Positions 1 to 11,500 of a stretch of DNA of 64,000 nucleotides are shown piece by piece (position 1 is the stretch's first letter; each line of letters opens with the position of its first letter). The translations under genes were made by a program, and so were the position numbers. Under the pieces are notes generated by a model. It worked only from the letters and a program-made list of their open reading frames with translations. It was not told the DNA's origin and did no database searches. The stretch comes from Nemertoderma westbladi (lineage: Eukaryota > Animalia > Xenacoelomorpha), in NCBI GenBank assembly GCA_032718475.1, contig JAUCBJ010003007.1, forward strand, positions 30,127 to 94,126, given 5' to 3'.

Positions 1-503
1 CGGCGTACACTGGAGAACGGTTAATCAGTAAAATGTACCAATTGTCTACTCGGCGTACACTGGAGAACGGTTAATCAGTAAAATGTACCAATCATCTACT
101 CGGCGTACACTGGAGAACGGTTCATCAGTAAAATGTACCAATCATCTACTCGGCGTACACTGGAGAACGGTTAGTCAGTAAAATGTACCAATCATCTACT
201 CGGCATACACTGGAGAACGGTTAATCAGTAAAATGTACCAATTGTCTACTCGGCGTACACTGGAGAACGGTTCATCAGTAAAATGTACCAATCATCTACT
301 CGGCGTACACTGGAGAACGGTTAATCAGTAAAATGTACCAATTGTCTACTCAGCGTACACTGGAGAACGGTTAATCAGTAAAATGTACCAATCATCTACT
401 TGGCGTACACTGGAGAACGGTTCATCAGTAAAATGTACCAATCATCTACTCGGCGTACACTGGAGAACGGTTCATCAGTAAAATGTACCAATCATCTACT
501 CGG
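1..503. repeat. 50-bp tandem satellite (left part, continues beyond window start)
   Basis: About 10 copies of CGGCGTACACTGGAGAACGGTTCATCAGTAAAATGTACCAATCATCTACT; same unit as 5540-26542. Confidence 0.98.
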
Positions 504-506
504 TGG

Positions 507-800
507 TGTGAATGGTTTAATATCTCATTCGTCCTTCCTTACTGCATTATATTAAGCAACACAAATATATATGTTAAGAATTACAAATTAGGATTATAAT
601 TAATATGCCAGGTCCACCACCATTATGTAAGGGCCGCAGCGGCCGTTTAGTACCAATGTACCGGTGCTGCGGTGTACTGTATTATACAGACTCTGAAGCT
701 GCTGCCACACACAAGCAGTACAGCAGTATATTATTATATATCATTCGGGTAGGCCGTATACCCCAGTTATTGAGGCCCCAGTCCAAAGCTGGATACCACA
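507..800 (-). repeat. 3' LTR of the Gypsy element (about 294-297 bp)
   Basis: On the minus strand it starts TGTGGTATCC directly after the PPT and ends ...CCATTCACA (507) or ...CACACCA (504). ATTAAA lies near the end. No second copy is available to confirm the outer boundary. Confidence 0.7.
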
Positions 801-814
801 CCCCCTTTTCCTCC
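801..814 (-). other. Polypurine tract (plus-strand primer site)
   Basis: Minus strand GGAGGAAAAGGGGG, 14 nt after the pol stop and immediately followed by TG. Confidence 0.85.
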
Positions 815-828
815 GCGATCGAAACGCA

Positions 829-3800
829 TTATGGCATGGCGTTTTGGTCGTTGATGTCCCAATGCACTGTCTTACGCTGGGCCAGTGTACTGGGACGCAT
901 GGGATAGGCCTTCCTGAGGGCCGATTTACTTTCAGTTTCGAAATTGTTTGGTATGTCCGGTTCATCTGATTGTGATGGTTTGGTTGGAGGTTCGGAAGCG
1001 CCCCCTTGTGGTGTGGAGTGATATCGTCGGATGAAGCGGCGGTTTCGCCACCATGTCCGGCCAGAATTGAGTTTCACGCGATAGTCGCGTCGCCGGCCAG
1101 CCTCCACTACCAGTCCTATGCGCGTCCACCTTTTGGACCGGGGGTCCTGTATGCGGACCGTGTCACCTATGGCAATGGGCGGGAGGTCATGTGCGGACCG
1201 GTTATAGAACTCCACGGCCCTACCGCGCTGTGTTTCCGCGCGTTTATCCGCCGTGTCCGCTTCCGCTTGCCACTGTTGTTTATAATGGTTGTGGTGGGCG
1301 GGGATTGTAGTTCGCAGGCGTCGTCCGAACACCGTTTCATTGGGCGATCGCCCGTTCGCGCGTGGTGTGTTTCTCAGTTCCAACAGCCCGCGTTGGAACT
1401 CTTCAGAGCGTATGTCAGGGTGTTGCACCTTCCTAAGCAGCGTTTTGATCTGTTTGACGCTGGCCTCCGCATGGCCATTGCTGCTAGGAAAGTGTGGCGT
1501 GCTCGCCTCCCAGCGCACACCCCATGCTTTGAGGAAGCGCTGGAATACGTCGGCAGCATATTGTGGGCCGCCGTCCGTACGCAAAACGTTGGGGACCCCG
1601 AGGTCTACAAAGAAACGCCGTATGGTGTCGACGCACTGCTGTGCAGTGGGGTCATTCCGCCACTCTAGTACGACGGGGTAGCCAGACAGTCTGTCGGCGT
1701 ATACAATAAAATGTTTACCCGCGAGGGTGAATAGATCTGAGGAAGCTGACTCGAAGGGACGCGTGGGGGTGGCGTCTGCCATCAGGGTCTCCTTGGGAAG
1801 ACTGGGCAGGTGCCCTTGGCACGCGTCGCACTGGCCCACGGCGCGTTCGATGTCCGCATTGATTCCGGGCCAGTAGACTGTAGTACGAGCCCTCTGTTTA
1901 GTTCGGGTAATTCCGAGATGGGGAGCGTGGAGTTTCCGCAGGATCTCGTCTCGACTGGCGGTGGGTATCACCAGCCTATCGCCGTATAACACGAGGTCGA
2001 AGTATATCGACAGATTGTCGATAATTGAACGGTATTGCTGCACTGCCGGCGTTGTGCGAACATTATGGTTGCCGGTTCGTATGCACTCCACGAGTTCACG
2101 GTACTCCGGATCCTCGCGCGCTGCTGCCCGCAGTTCCTCCACGAGTTCATCGTGTGAGTCCGGCGCGAGTGGTGCACTTTGAGCGGGTTTATTAACCACT
2201 TCCGAGGAATGCAAAGTTTCCTCATGTTGGAGTTTTGCCGCAATCGCTGCCACAATGGGTGGAGTTTCGTCCTCGGGGTCGTCTGGAGCGGGGTCTACGG
2301 GAGCCCGGCTCAACGCGTCGGCGATCCGGTGAATCTTCCCCTTCTGCCAGGCGACGGTGAAAGTATAACAGGATTGTAATTCCGCTTTCATTTTCTGAAT
2401 TTTCCTGTTCTCGACTTGGTCGAGGTTATATGAGTTAAAAATTGCAAGGAGTGGTCGGTGATCTGTCACGACGGTGAACGTCGGTAATCCGGCCAAGTAG
2501 ATACGGCTTTTTTTTATCGCGTATTGTATCGCTATGCACTCCAACTCGATGGTGGCGTAACGCGTCTCCGGGTCCGTTAGGAATCTACTCCCGCATGCGA
2601 CAAGTCGCCAGTCGTCGTTATGGCGTTGGAGTAGATCGTACCCGAGACCGTGGAGGCGACTCGCGTCTGTCTCAAGGCGGGTCGGTAAACTGGCGTCGAA
2701 TGACGCCAGCACAGGAGGGCTCACGAGAGCCGCCTTAGTGGCGTTAAAAGCATCTTCGTGGTTTCGAGTCCATACAAATGCGTTACGTACACGTAGTAGG
2801 TCTCGCAGGGGTGATGCCGTAGTTGAAATCTCGCTTGAGAAGTACCCCAGCTGGTTGACCAGCCCCATAAAACTTCGCAAGTCTGTGATATTTAACGGGG
2901 TCGGATACTCGCCGATTGCTCTGACTTTGTTTGGGTCCGCCGCTACCCCTTCGCCGTTCAATATGTACCCGGCGAAGCGAACGCTTGGCTGCGCATATTG
3001 GAGTTTTTCCGGATTTAGCGTGATACCGTTGTCACGGCAACGGTCGAGGACCTGTTTAACACGCGCGCGATGTTCGTCGATGTTTGTATCCTCCACCAGA
3101 ATATCGTCTACGATTTTCTTTACCTGGGGCAGCCCGTTCAGCGCAAGATCGCCGCGGTAGTTAAAACTATCCCCTGAGCTGATGAAGCCCATAGGCGCCC
3201 GGCAGTACCGATATCGGCCCCACGGAGTGATAAACGTCGTCAGATCGCGCGATTCTTCCGCGAGTTCGATTTGCCAATATCCCGATTTGGCGTCGAGAAC
3301 GGTGAACACATTGGCTCCCGGGGTGCGGTCGAAAACAAGGCTGTTGGGGGGCGGCGCAGTGTGGATTGTTCGCTTGACCTGGCTATTGAGTTTTGTGAGG
3401 TCAACAGTCATTCTAATTTCCCCAGGTCTCCCCGGTTTATTAGTAACCACAATGGGATGGCTCCATTCCACGGGCCTGTCCCCAATACGCTCAATAACCC
3501 CCTTCCTTAACATCTGTTCGATTTCCGCCTTCGCTTTTTCGCGGTAGGGGATGGGGATGGAACGCGGCGCGTTTAGACAGAACGGGACTGCGCCGTCTAC
3601 CAGCTCGATTTTCATTGGGGGCCCAACCATGGGCTTTAATGTCCCCTTACAGTCGAACACATCCTTGTATTCTTCCAGGAGGGAAGTTTTTTCACTCCCT
3701 AATGTGGACTGGGAAGGCTGCGCCTCGCGATCGTTGTCGGTGCTTCCGTTTATGGATGCCACCAGGTGTAGGGGTCGAGGGAACTCCGGGTGTACTATTC

Positions 3801-5481
3801 CTAGTCCGACACAGGCATTCAGCGAAAGGAAAATTGTATTAAATCCCAAATCGCGACATAAGTAGACAGTTTCTGTGTGGGTTTTACCACCCGTAGTCAG
3901 CTGCAGATCGATGCAGCTGTCGCAGAAAATTGTTGTCCCATTTGCGCCTGTGAGGGGATAGTCCGGGTCTCGAAATTTCGCCTCGGGGGGAAAATCCCAT
4001 TCTTCTTTGATTTCTGTACTCGCGAGAGTTACTTGTGCGCCGGTATCCGCCACGCATGCGACATTTCTTAGAAATTCACGAGACTCTCCCTTCCTATGGG
4101 GGGGTACGTAGAAGTCGACCGGTACGAGAGGGCGTCGCTGGGCGCAACCGAGCGCTGGTTCCATATACGCGATGCTATTATAGGGTTGATCGATGTTTAT
4201 CGCTCCGCTATTTTTCGGTTCTTTAGTCGCCCTGGTTGCGAGACAGTGGCGTTTAAAGTGCCCCTTTTTACCGCAGACGTGGCACCGTGTGTCAGTTGCC
4301 TTGCAATCGCCGGAATGCGGCAGTTTTTCCCCGCATTTCATGCACCGTCCCGTCTCGCGTTCCTCTTCCTTTGCGCGTCTATAGACGTCGCGGTTTACGG
4401 AAGGCCCACGTCCGGTGCTGTGCCCCGATTTATTCCGTTGGTATCGAGATTTACTCTTTGATCGGTATTGGGGGCGGCTGCGTTGCTGCGGTTGGTCGTT
4501 TTGACTAATTGCGTGTACGCTGCGCTGTAGTCGCTGTGTTTCCTTGACGGCGACTTCCCGAGCCTGACAGAATTCCACTGTGTCTGCCAGGTCAAGTCTA
4601 GGTTTTTTGGCGAAGACTTCCTCCCTTGTTTTTTCATCGGTGAGTCCGCATACCAGGAGGGTCAACTTCCAGTCGTCCAGCGTCATATCGGTGACTTGGG
4701 CGTCGTCGAAGGCTTCTTGGAGTCGCACCCAGTATTCGTTGAATGTCTGTCGCTCCGCCTGTCGGTTTTTTAATAATTGGTACCGGTCCACCATAATGTT
4801 ATGCTGGGCGCGTATGTGATCGTGGATACGCACCAAAATTTCCTCGACTTGTAGGTCGGTGTCCGCGGGAATCCCCATTAAATGGTGCAGGTCAGTCAGC
4901 AATTCGGTGCTGCAGTAGGCGAAAAAAGTCGCCACCTGCTCCTCGCGTGGTTTGTCTGACAGGCGAGTTATGGTCTGGTAGTTAGCCCATGCCGCCCGCC
5001 AATGTTGGAATCCTGAGAGTTTCGTATTCCGTTCTAGTTTCACGGGCGTGCGAACTTGAAGTTTGACGATTGGTGCGTCGTGGTGGGGGCGCCTGTCGGG
5101 TATCTGTGTATCCGGCGTTTCGCGGCGTTGCAAGAGGAGGTGCAGAAGTTCCTCTCGATCTGCACGTCGGCGTTCCTCTTCCCGCCTCGCGCGCTCCTCC
5201 TCGTATGTCGCACGGTTTACTTCATCCGCCCGACGCTGCTGCTCGATTCTATCAAGCAGTTGGGCGATGTCCATCGTCGGCGCTGCCTGGGTCGGCACGG
5301 CGGGTGTCTCGTCACCCGCAATATAGCGATGGAGTTTCCGCCTTAGAGAGGCGGTGGAATCCTTAGGATTCGTTAGTAGGCCTGCATTGTCGCAATGCAG
5401 TCGTAGGGACGCCCTATCCATGTCGTCCACTTCCTCGCCAGTAAGTTCAAACGTATCGTCCGAATTTGGTTTAGCGGCCAT
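829..5481 (-). CDS. Gag-Pol polyprotein (Gag with 2 zinc knuckles, aspartic protease, RT, RNase H, integrase)
   Basis: Uninterrupted 1550 aa. Motifs: CMKC..H..C and CHVCGKKGHFKRHC; ADTGAQ; DAKSGYWQ, APMG and IVDD; ETDAS..IELE..TDHRPL; H-H-C-C plus SDLF, TDGGPQY and GHAEASV. Domain order PR-RT-RH-IN is Ty3/Gypsy. Confidence 0.97.
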   Translation of the reverse strand: MAAKPNSDDTFELTGEEVDDMDRASLRLHCDNAGLLTNPKDSTASLRRKLHRYIAGDETPAVPTQAAPTMDIAQLLDRIEQQRRADEVNRATYEEERARREEERRRADREELLHLLLQRRETPDTQIPDRRPHHDAPIVKLQVRTPVKLERNTKLSGFQHWRAAWANYQTITRLSDKPREEQVATFFAYCSTELLTDLHHLMGIPADTDLQVEEILVRIHDHIRAQHNIMVDRYQLLKNRQAERQTFNEYWVRLQEAFDDAQVTDMTLDDWKLTLLVCGLTDEKTREEVFAKKPRLDLADTVEFCQAREVAVKETQRLQRSVHAISQNDQPQQRSRPQYRSKSKSRYQRNKSGHSTGRGPSVNRDVYRRAKEEERETGRCMKCGEKLPHSGDCKATDTRCHVCGKKGHFKRHCLATRATKEPKNSGAINIDQPYNSIAYMEPALGCAQRRPLVPVDFYVPPHRKGESREFLRNVACVADTGAQVTLASTEIKEEWDFPPEAKFRDPDYPLTGANGTTIFCDSCIDLQLTTGGKTHTETVYLCRDLGFNTIFLSLNACVGLGIVHPEFPRPLHLVASINGSTDNDREAQPSQSTLGSEKTSLLEEYKDVFDCKGTLKPMVGPPMKIELVDGAVPFCLNAPRSIPIPYREKAKAEIEQMLRKGVIERIGDRPVEWSHPIVVTNKPGRPGEIRMTVDLTKLNSQVKRTIHTAPPPNSLVFDRTPGANVFTVLDAKSGYWQIELAEESRDLTTFITPWGRYRYCRAPMGFISSGDSFNYRGDLALNGLPQVKKIVDDILVEDTNIDEHRARVKQVLDRCRDNGITLNPEKLQYAQPSVRFAGYILNGEGVAADPNKVRAIGEYPTPLNITDLRSFMGLVNQLGYFSSEISTTASPLRDLLRVRNAFVWTRNHEDAFNATKAALVSPPVLASFDASLPTRLETDASRLHGLGYDLLQRHNDDWRLVACGSRFLTDPETRYATIELECIAIQYAIKKSRIYLAGLPTFTVVTDHRPLLAIFNSYNLDQVENRKIQKMKAELQSCYTFTVAWQKGKIHRIADALSRAPVDPAPDDPEDETPPIVAAIAAKLQHEETLHSSEVVNKPAQSAPLAPDSHDELVEELRAAAREDPEYRELVECIRTGNHNVRTTPAVQQYRSIIDNLSIYFDLVLYGDRLVIPTASRDEILRKLHAPHLGITRTKQRARTTVYWPGINADIERAVGQCDACQGHLPSLPKETLMADATPTRPFESASSDLFTLAGKHFIVYADRLSGYPVVLEWRNDPTAQQCVDTIRRFFVDLGVPNVLRTDGGPQYAADVFQRFLKAWGVRWEASTPHFPSSNGHAEASVKQIKTLLRKVQHPDIRSEEFQRGLLELRNTPRANGRSPNETVFGRRLRTTIPAHHNHYKQQWQAEADTADKRAETQRGRAVEFYNRSAHDLPPIAIGDTVRIQDPRSKRWTRIGLVVEAGRRRDYRVKLNSGRTWWRNRRFIRRYHSTPQGGASEPPTKPSQSDEPDIPNNFETESKSALRKAYPMRPSTLAQRKTVHWDINDQNAMP

Positions 5482-5539
5482 TCTCAGTGGCGATAGGCCT
5501 ATGTACGATCAGAATACAGTGCTTTTACCGGTAGGTGTT

Positions 5540-8500
5540 AGAATGGTTCATCAGTAAAATGTACCAATCATCTACTCGGCGTACACTGGAGAACGGTTAG
5601 TCAGTAAAATGTACCAATCATCTACTCGGCGTACACTGGAGAACGGTTAGTCAGTAAAATGTACCAATCATCTACTCGGCGTACACTGGAGAACGGTTCA
5701 TCAGTAAAATGTACCAATCATCTACTCGGCATACACTGGAGAATGGTTCATCAGTAAAATGTACCAATCATCTACTCGGCGTACACTGGAGAACGGTTAG
5801 TCAGTAAAATGTACCAATCATCTACTCGGCGTACACTGGAGAACGGTTAGTCAGTAAAATGTACCAATCATCTACTCGGCGTACACTGGAGAACGGTTTG
5901 TCAGTAAAATGTACCAATCATCTACTCGGCGTACACTGGAGAACGGTTCATCAGTAAAATGTACCAATCATCTACTCGGCGTACACTGGAGAACGGTTCA
6001 TCAGTAAAATGTACCAATCATCTACTCGGCGTACACTGGAGAACGGTTAGTCAGTAAAATGTACCAATCATCTACTCGGCGTACACTGGAGAACGGTTTG
6101 TCAGTAAAATGTACCAATCATCTACTCGGCGTACACTGGAGAACGGTTCATCAGTAAAATGTACCAATCATCTACTCGGCGTATTCTGGAGAACGGTTCA
6201 TCAGTAAAATGTACCAATCATCTACTCGGCGTACACTGGAGAACGGTTCATCAGTAAAATGTACCAATCATCTACTCGGCGTACACTGGAGAACGGTTCA
6301 TTAGTAAAATGTACCAATCATCTACTCGGCGTACACTGGAGAACGGTTCATCAGTAAAATGTACCAATCGTCTACTCGGCGTACACTGGAGAACGGTTAG
6401 TCAGTAAAATGTACCAATCGTCTACTCGGCGTACACTGGAGAATGGTTAGTCAGTAAAATGTACCAATCGTCTACTCGGCATACACTGGAGAACGGTTCA
6501 TCAGTAAAATGTACCAATCATCTACTCGGCATACACTGGAGAACGGTTCATCAGTAAAATGTACCAATCGTCTACTCGGCATACACTGGAGAACGGTTCA
6601 TCAGTAAAATGTACCAATCGTCTACTCGGCGTACACTGGAGAACGGTTAGTCAGTAAAATGTACCAATCGTCTACTCGGCGTACACTGGAGAACGGTTAG
6701 TCAGTAAAATGTACCAATCGTCTACTCGGCGTACACTGGAGAATGGTTCATCAGTAAAATGTACCAAGCGTCTACTCGGCGTACACTGGAGAACGGTTCA
6801 TCAGTAAAATGTACCAATCGTCTACTCGGCATACACTGGAGAACGGTTAGTCAGTAAAATGTACCAATCGTCTACTCGGCGTACACTGGAGAACGGTTCA
6901 TCAGTAAAATGTACCAATCGTCTACTCGGCATACACTGGAGAACGGTTAGTCAGTAAAATGTACCAATCGTCTACTCGGCGTACACTGGAGAATGGTTCA
7001 TCAGTAAAATGTACCAATCATCTACTCGGCGTACACTGGAGAACGGTTCATCAGTAAAATGTACCAATCATCTACTCGGCGTACACTGGAGAACGGTTCA
7101 TCAGTAAAATGTACCAATCGTCTACTCGGCATACACTGGAGAACGGTTAGTCAGTAAAATGTACCAATCATCTACTCGGCGTACACTGGAGAACGGTTTG
7201 TCAGTAAAATGTACCAATCATCTACTCGGCGTACACTGGAGAACGGTTCATCAGTAAAATGTACCAATCATCTACTCGGCGTACACTGGAGAACGGTTAG
7301 TCAGTAAAATGTACCAATTGTCTACTCGGCGTACACTGGAGAATGGTTCATCAGTAAAATGTACCAATCGTCTACTCGGCGTACACTGGAGAACGGTTAG
7401 TCAGTAAAATGTACCAATCGTCTACTCGGCATACACTGGAGAACGGTTTGTCAGTAAAATGTACCAATCATCTACTCGGCGTACACTGGAGAACGGTTAG
7501 TCAGTAAAATGTACCAATCGTCTACTCGGCGTACACGGGAGAACGGTTCATCAGTAAAATGTACCAATCGTCTACTCGGCGTACACTGGAGAATGGTTAG
7601 TCAGTAAAATGTACCAATCATCTACTCGGCGTACACTGGAGAACGGTTCATCAGTAAAATGTACCAATCATCTACTCGGCATACACTGGAGAACGGTTCA
7701 TCAGTAAAATGTACCAATCGTCTACTCGGCATTCACTGGAGAACGGTTAGTCAGTAAAATGTACCAATCATCTACTCGGCGTACACTGGAGAACGGTTTG
7801 TCAGTAAAATGTACCAATCATCTACTCGGCGTACACTGGAGAACGGTTAGTCAGTAAAATGTACCAATCATCTACTCGGCGTACACTGGAGAACGGTTCA
7901 TCAGTAAAATGTACCAATCGTCTACTCGGCGTACACTGGAGAACGGTTCATCAGTAAAATGTACCAATCATCTACTCGGCATACACTGGAGAACGGTTAG
8001 TCAGTAAAATGTACCAATCGTCTACTCGGCATACACTGGAGAACGGTTCATCAGTAAAATGTACCAATCGTCTACTCGGCATACACTGGAGAACGGTTAG
8101 TCAGTAAAATGTACCAATCGTCTACTCGGCATACACTGGAGAACGGTTCATCAGTAAAATGTACCAATCATCTACTCGGCATACACTGGAGAACGGTTAG
8201 TCAGTAAAATGTACCAATCATCTACTCGGCATACACTGGAGAACGGTTCATCAGTAAAATGTACCAATCATCTACTCGGCATACACTGGAGAACGGTTAG
8301 TCAGTAAAATGTACCAATCGTCTACTCGGCGTACACTGGAGAACGGTTCATCAGTAAAATGTACCAATCGTCTACTCGGCATACACTGGAGAACGGTTAA
8401 TCAGTAAAATGTACCAATCATCTACTCGGCATACACTGGAGAACGGTTAGTCAGTAAAATGTACCAATCGTCTACTCGGCATACACTGGAGAACGGTTCA

Positions 8501-11500
8501 TCAGTAAAATGTACCAATCGTCTACTCGGCATACACTGGAGAACGGTTAGTCAGTAAAATGCACCAATCGTCTACTCGGCATACACTGGAGAACGGTTCA
8601 TCAGTAAAATGTACCAATCATCTACTCGGCATACACTGGAGAACGGTTAGTCAGTAAAATGTACCAATCGTCTACTTGGCGTACACTGGAGAACGGTTCA
8701 TCAGTAAAATGTACCAATCATCTACTCGGCATACACTGGAGAACGGTTCATCAGTAAAATGTACCAATCGTCTACTCGGCATACACTGGAGAACGGTTAG
8801 TCAGTAAAATGTACCAATCGTCTACTCGGCATACACTGGAGAACGGTTAGTCAGTAAAATGTACCAATCGTCTACTCGGCATACACTGGAGAACGGTTCA
8901 TCAGTAAAATGTACCAATCGTCTACTCGGCATACACTGGAGAACGTTTAGTCAGTAAAATGTACCAATCGTCTACTCGGCATACACTGGAGAACGGTTAG
9001 TCAGTAAAATGTACCAATCGTCTACTCGGCATACACTGGAGAACGGTTCATCAGTAAAATGTACCAATCGTCTACTCGGCATACACTGGAGAACGGTTAG
9101 TCAGTAAAATGTACCAATCGTCTACTCGGCATACACTGGAGAACGGTTCATCAGTAAAATGTACCAATCATCTACTCGGCGTACACTGGAGAACGGTTCA
9201 TCAGTAAAATGTACCAATCATCTACTCGGCGTACACTGGAGAACGGTTAGTCAGTAAAATGTACCAATCGTCTACTCGGCATACACTGGAGAACGGTTCA
9301 TCAGTAAAATGTACCAATCGTCTACTCGGCATACACTGGAGAACGGTTAGTCAGTAAAATGTACCAATCGTCTACTCGGCATACACTGGAGAACGGTTCA
9401 TCAGTAAAATGTACCAATCGTCTACTCAGCATACACTGGAGAACGGTTAGTCAGTAAAATGTACCAATCGTCTACGCGGCATACACTGGAGAACGGTTCA
9501 TCAGTAAAATGTACCAATCATCTACTCGGCGTACACTGGAGAACGGTTAGTCAGTAAAATGTACCAATCGTCTACTCGGCATACACTGGAGAACGGTTCA
9601 TCAGTAAAATGTACCAATCGTCTACTCGGCATACACTGGAGAACGGTTCATCAGTAAAATGTACCAATCATCTACTCGGCGTACACTGGAGAACGGTTCA
9701 TCAGTAAAATGTACCAATCATCTACTCGGCATACACTGGAGAACGGTTAGTCAGTAAAATGTACCAATCGTCTACTCGGCATACACTGGAGAACGGTTCA
9801 TCAGTAAAATGTACCAATCATCTACTCGGCGTACACTGGAGAACGGTTCATCAGTAAAATGTACTAATCATCTACTCGGCGTACACTGGAGAACGGTTCT
9901 TCAGTAAAATGTACCAATCATCTACTCGGCATACACTGGAGAACGGTTAGTCAGTAAAATGTACCAATCATCTACTCGGCGTACACTGGAGAACGGTTCA
10001 TCAGTAAAATGTACCAATCATCTACTCGGCGTACACTGGAGAACGGTTCATCAGTAAAATGTACCAATCATCTACTCGGCATACACTGGAGAACGGTTAG
10101 TCAGTAAAATGTACCAATCGTCTACTCGGCATACACTGGAGAACGGTTCATCAGTAAAATGTACCAATCATCTACTCGGCGTACACTGGAGAACGGTTAG
10201 TCAGTAAAATGTACCAATCGTCTACTCGGCATACACTGGAGAACGGTTCATCAGTAAAATGTACCAATCATCTACTCGGCGTACACTGGAGAACGGTTCA
10301 TCAGTAAAATGTACCAATCATCTACTCGGCGTACACTGGAGAACGGTTAGTCAGTAAAATGTACCAATCGTCTACTCGGCATACACTGGAGAACGGTTCA
10401 TCAGTAAAATGTACCAATCGTCTACTCGGCATACACTGGAGAACGGTTAGTCAGTAAAATGTACCAATCGTCTACTCGGCATACACTGGAGAACGGTTAG
10501 TCAGTAAAATGTACCAATCGTCTACTCGGCATACACTGGAGAACGGTTCATCAGTAAAATGTACCAATCGTCTACTCGGCATACACTGGAGAACGGTTAG
10601 TCAGTAAAATGTACCAATCGTCTACTCGGCATACACTGGAGAACGGTTAGTCAGTAAAATGTACCAATCGTCTACTCGGCATACACTGGAGAACGGTTCA
10701 TCAGTAAAATGTACCAATCGTCTACTCGGCATACACTGGAGAACGGTTAGTCAGTAAAATGTACCAATCATCTACTCGGCGTACACTGGAGAACGGTTCA
10801 TCAGTAAAATGTACCAATCATCTACTCGGCATACACTGGAGAACGGTTAGTCAGTAAAATGTACCAATCGTCTACTCGGCATACACTGGAGAACGGTTCA
10901 TCAGTAAAATGTACCAATCATCTACTCGGCGTACACTGGAGAACGGTTCATCAGTAAAATGTACCAATCATCTACTCGGCGTACACTGGAGAACGGTTCA
11001 TCAGTAAAATGTACCAATCATCTACTCGGCACACACTGGAGAACGGTTAGTCAGTAAAATGTACCAATCGTCTACTCGGCATACACTGGAGAACGGTTCA
11101 TCAGTAAAATGTACCAATCGTCTACTCGGCATACACTGGAGAACGGTTCATCAGTAAAATGTACCAATCATCTACTCGGCGTACACTGGAGAACGGTTCA
11201 TCAGTAAAATGTACCAATCATCTACTCGGCATACACTGGAGAACGGTTAGTCAGTAAAATGTACCAATCGTCTACTCGGCATACACTGGAGAACGGTTCA
11301 TCAGTAAAATGTACCAATCGTCTACTCGGCGTACACTGGAGAACGGTTCATCAGTAAAATGTACCAATCATCTACTCGGCGTACACTGGAGAACGGTTCA
11401 TCAGTAAAATGTACCAATCATCTACTCGGCATACACTGGAGAATGGTTCATCAGTAAAATGTACCAATCATCTACTCGGCGTACACTGGAGAACGGTTAG

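Larger units (their letters stand above)
504..5540 (-). mobile_element. Ty3/Gypsy (Mag-like) LTR retrotransposon inside the 50-bp satellite; 3' LTR present, 5' LTR not visible
   Basis: Single 1550-aa gag-pol ORF, polypurine tract and a TG-starting LTR downstream. The satellite resumes about 59 bp upstream of the ATG. Confidence 0.93.

Noticed and set aside
605-5557. Many plus-strand and alternative-frame ORFs over the Gypsy element
   Set aside because: Shadow ORFs of a GC-rich coding region, with no recognisable motifs.
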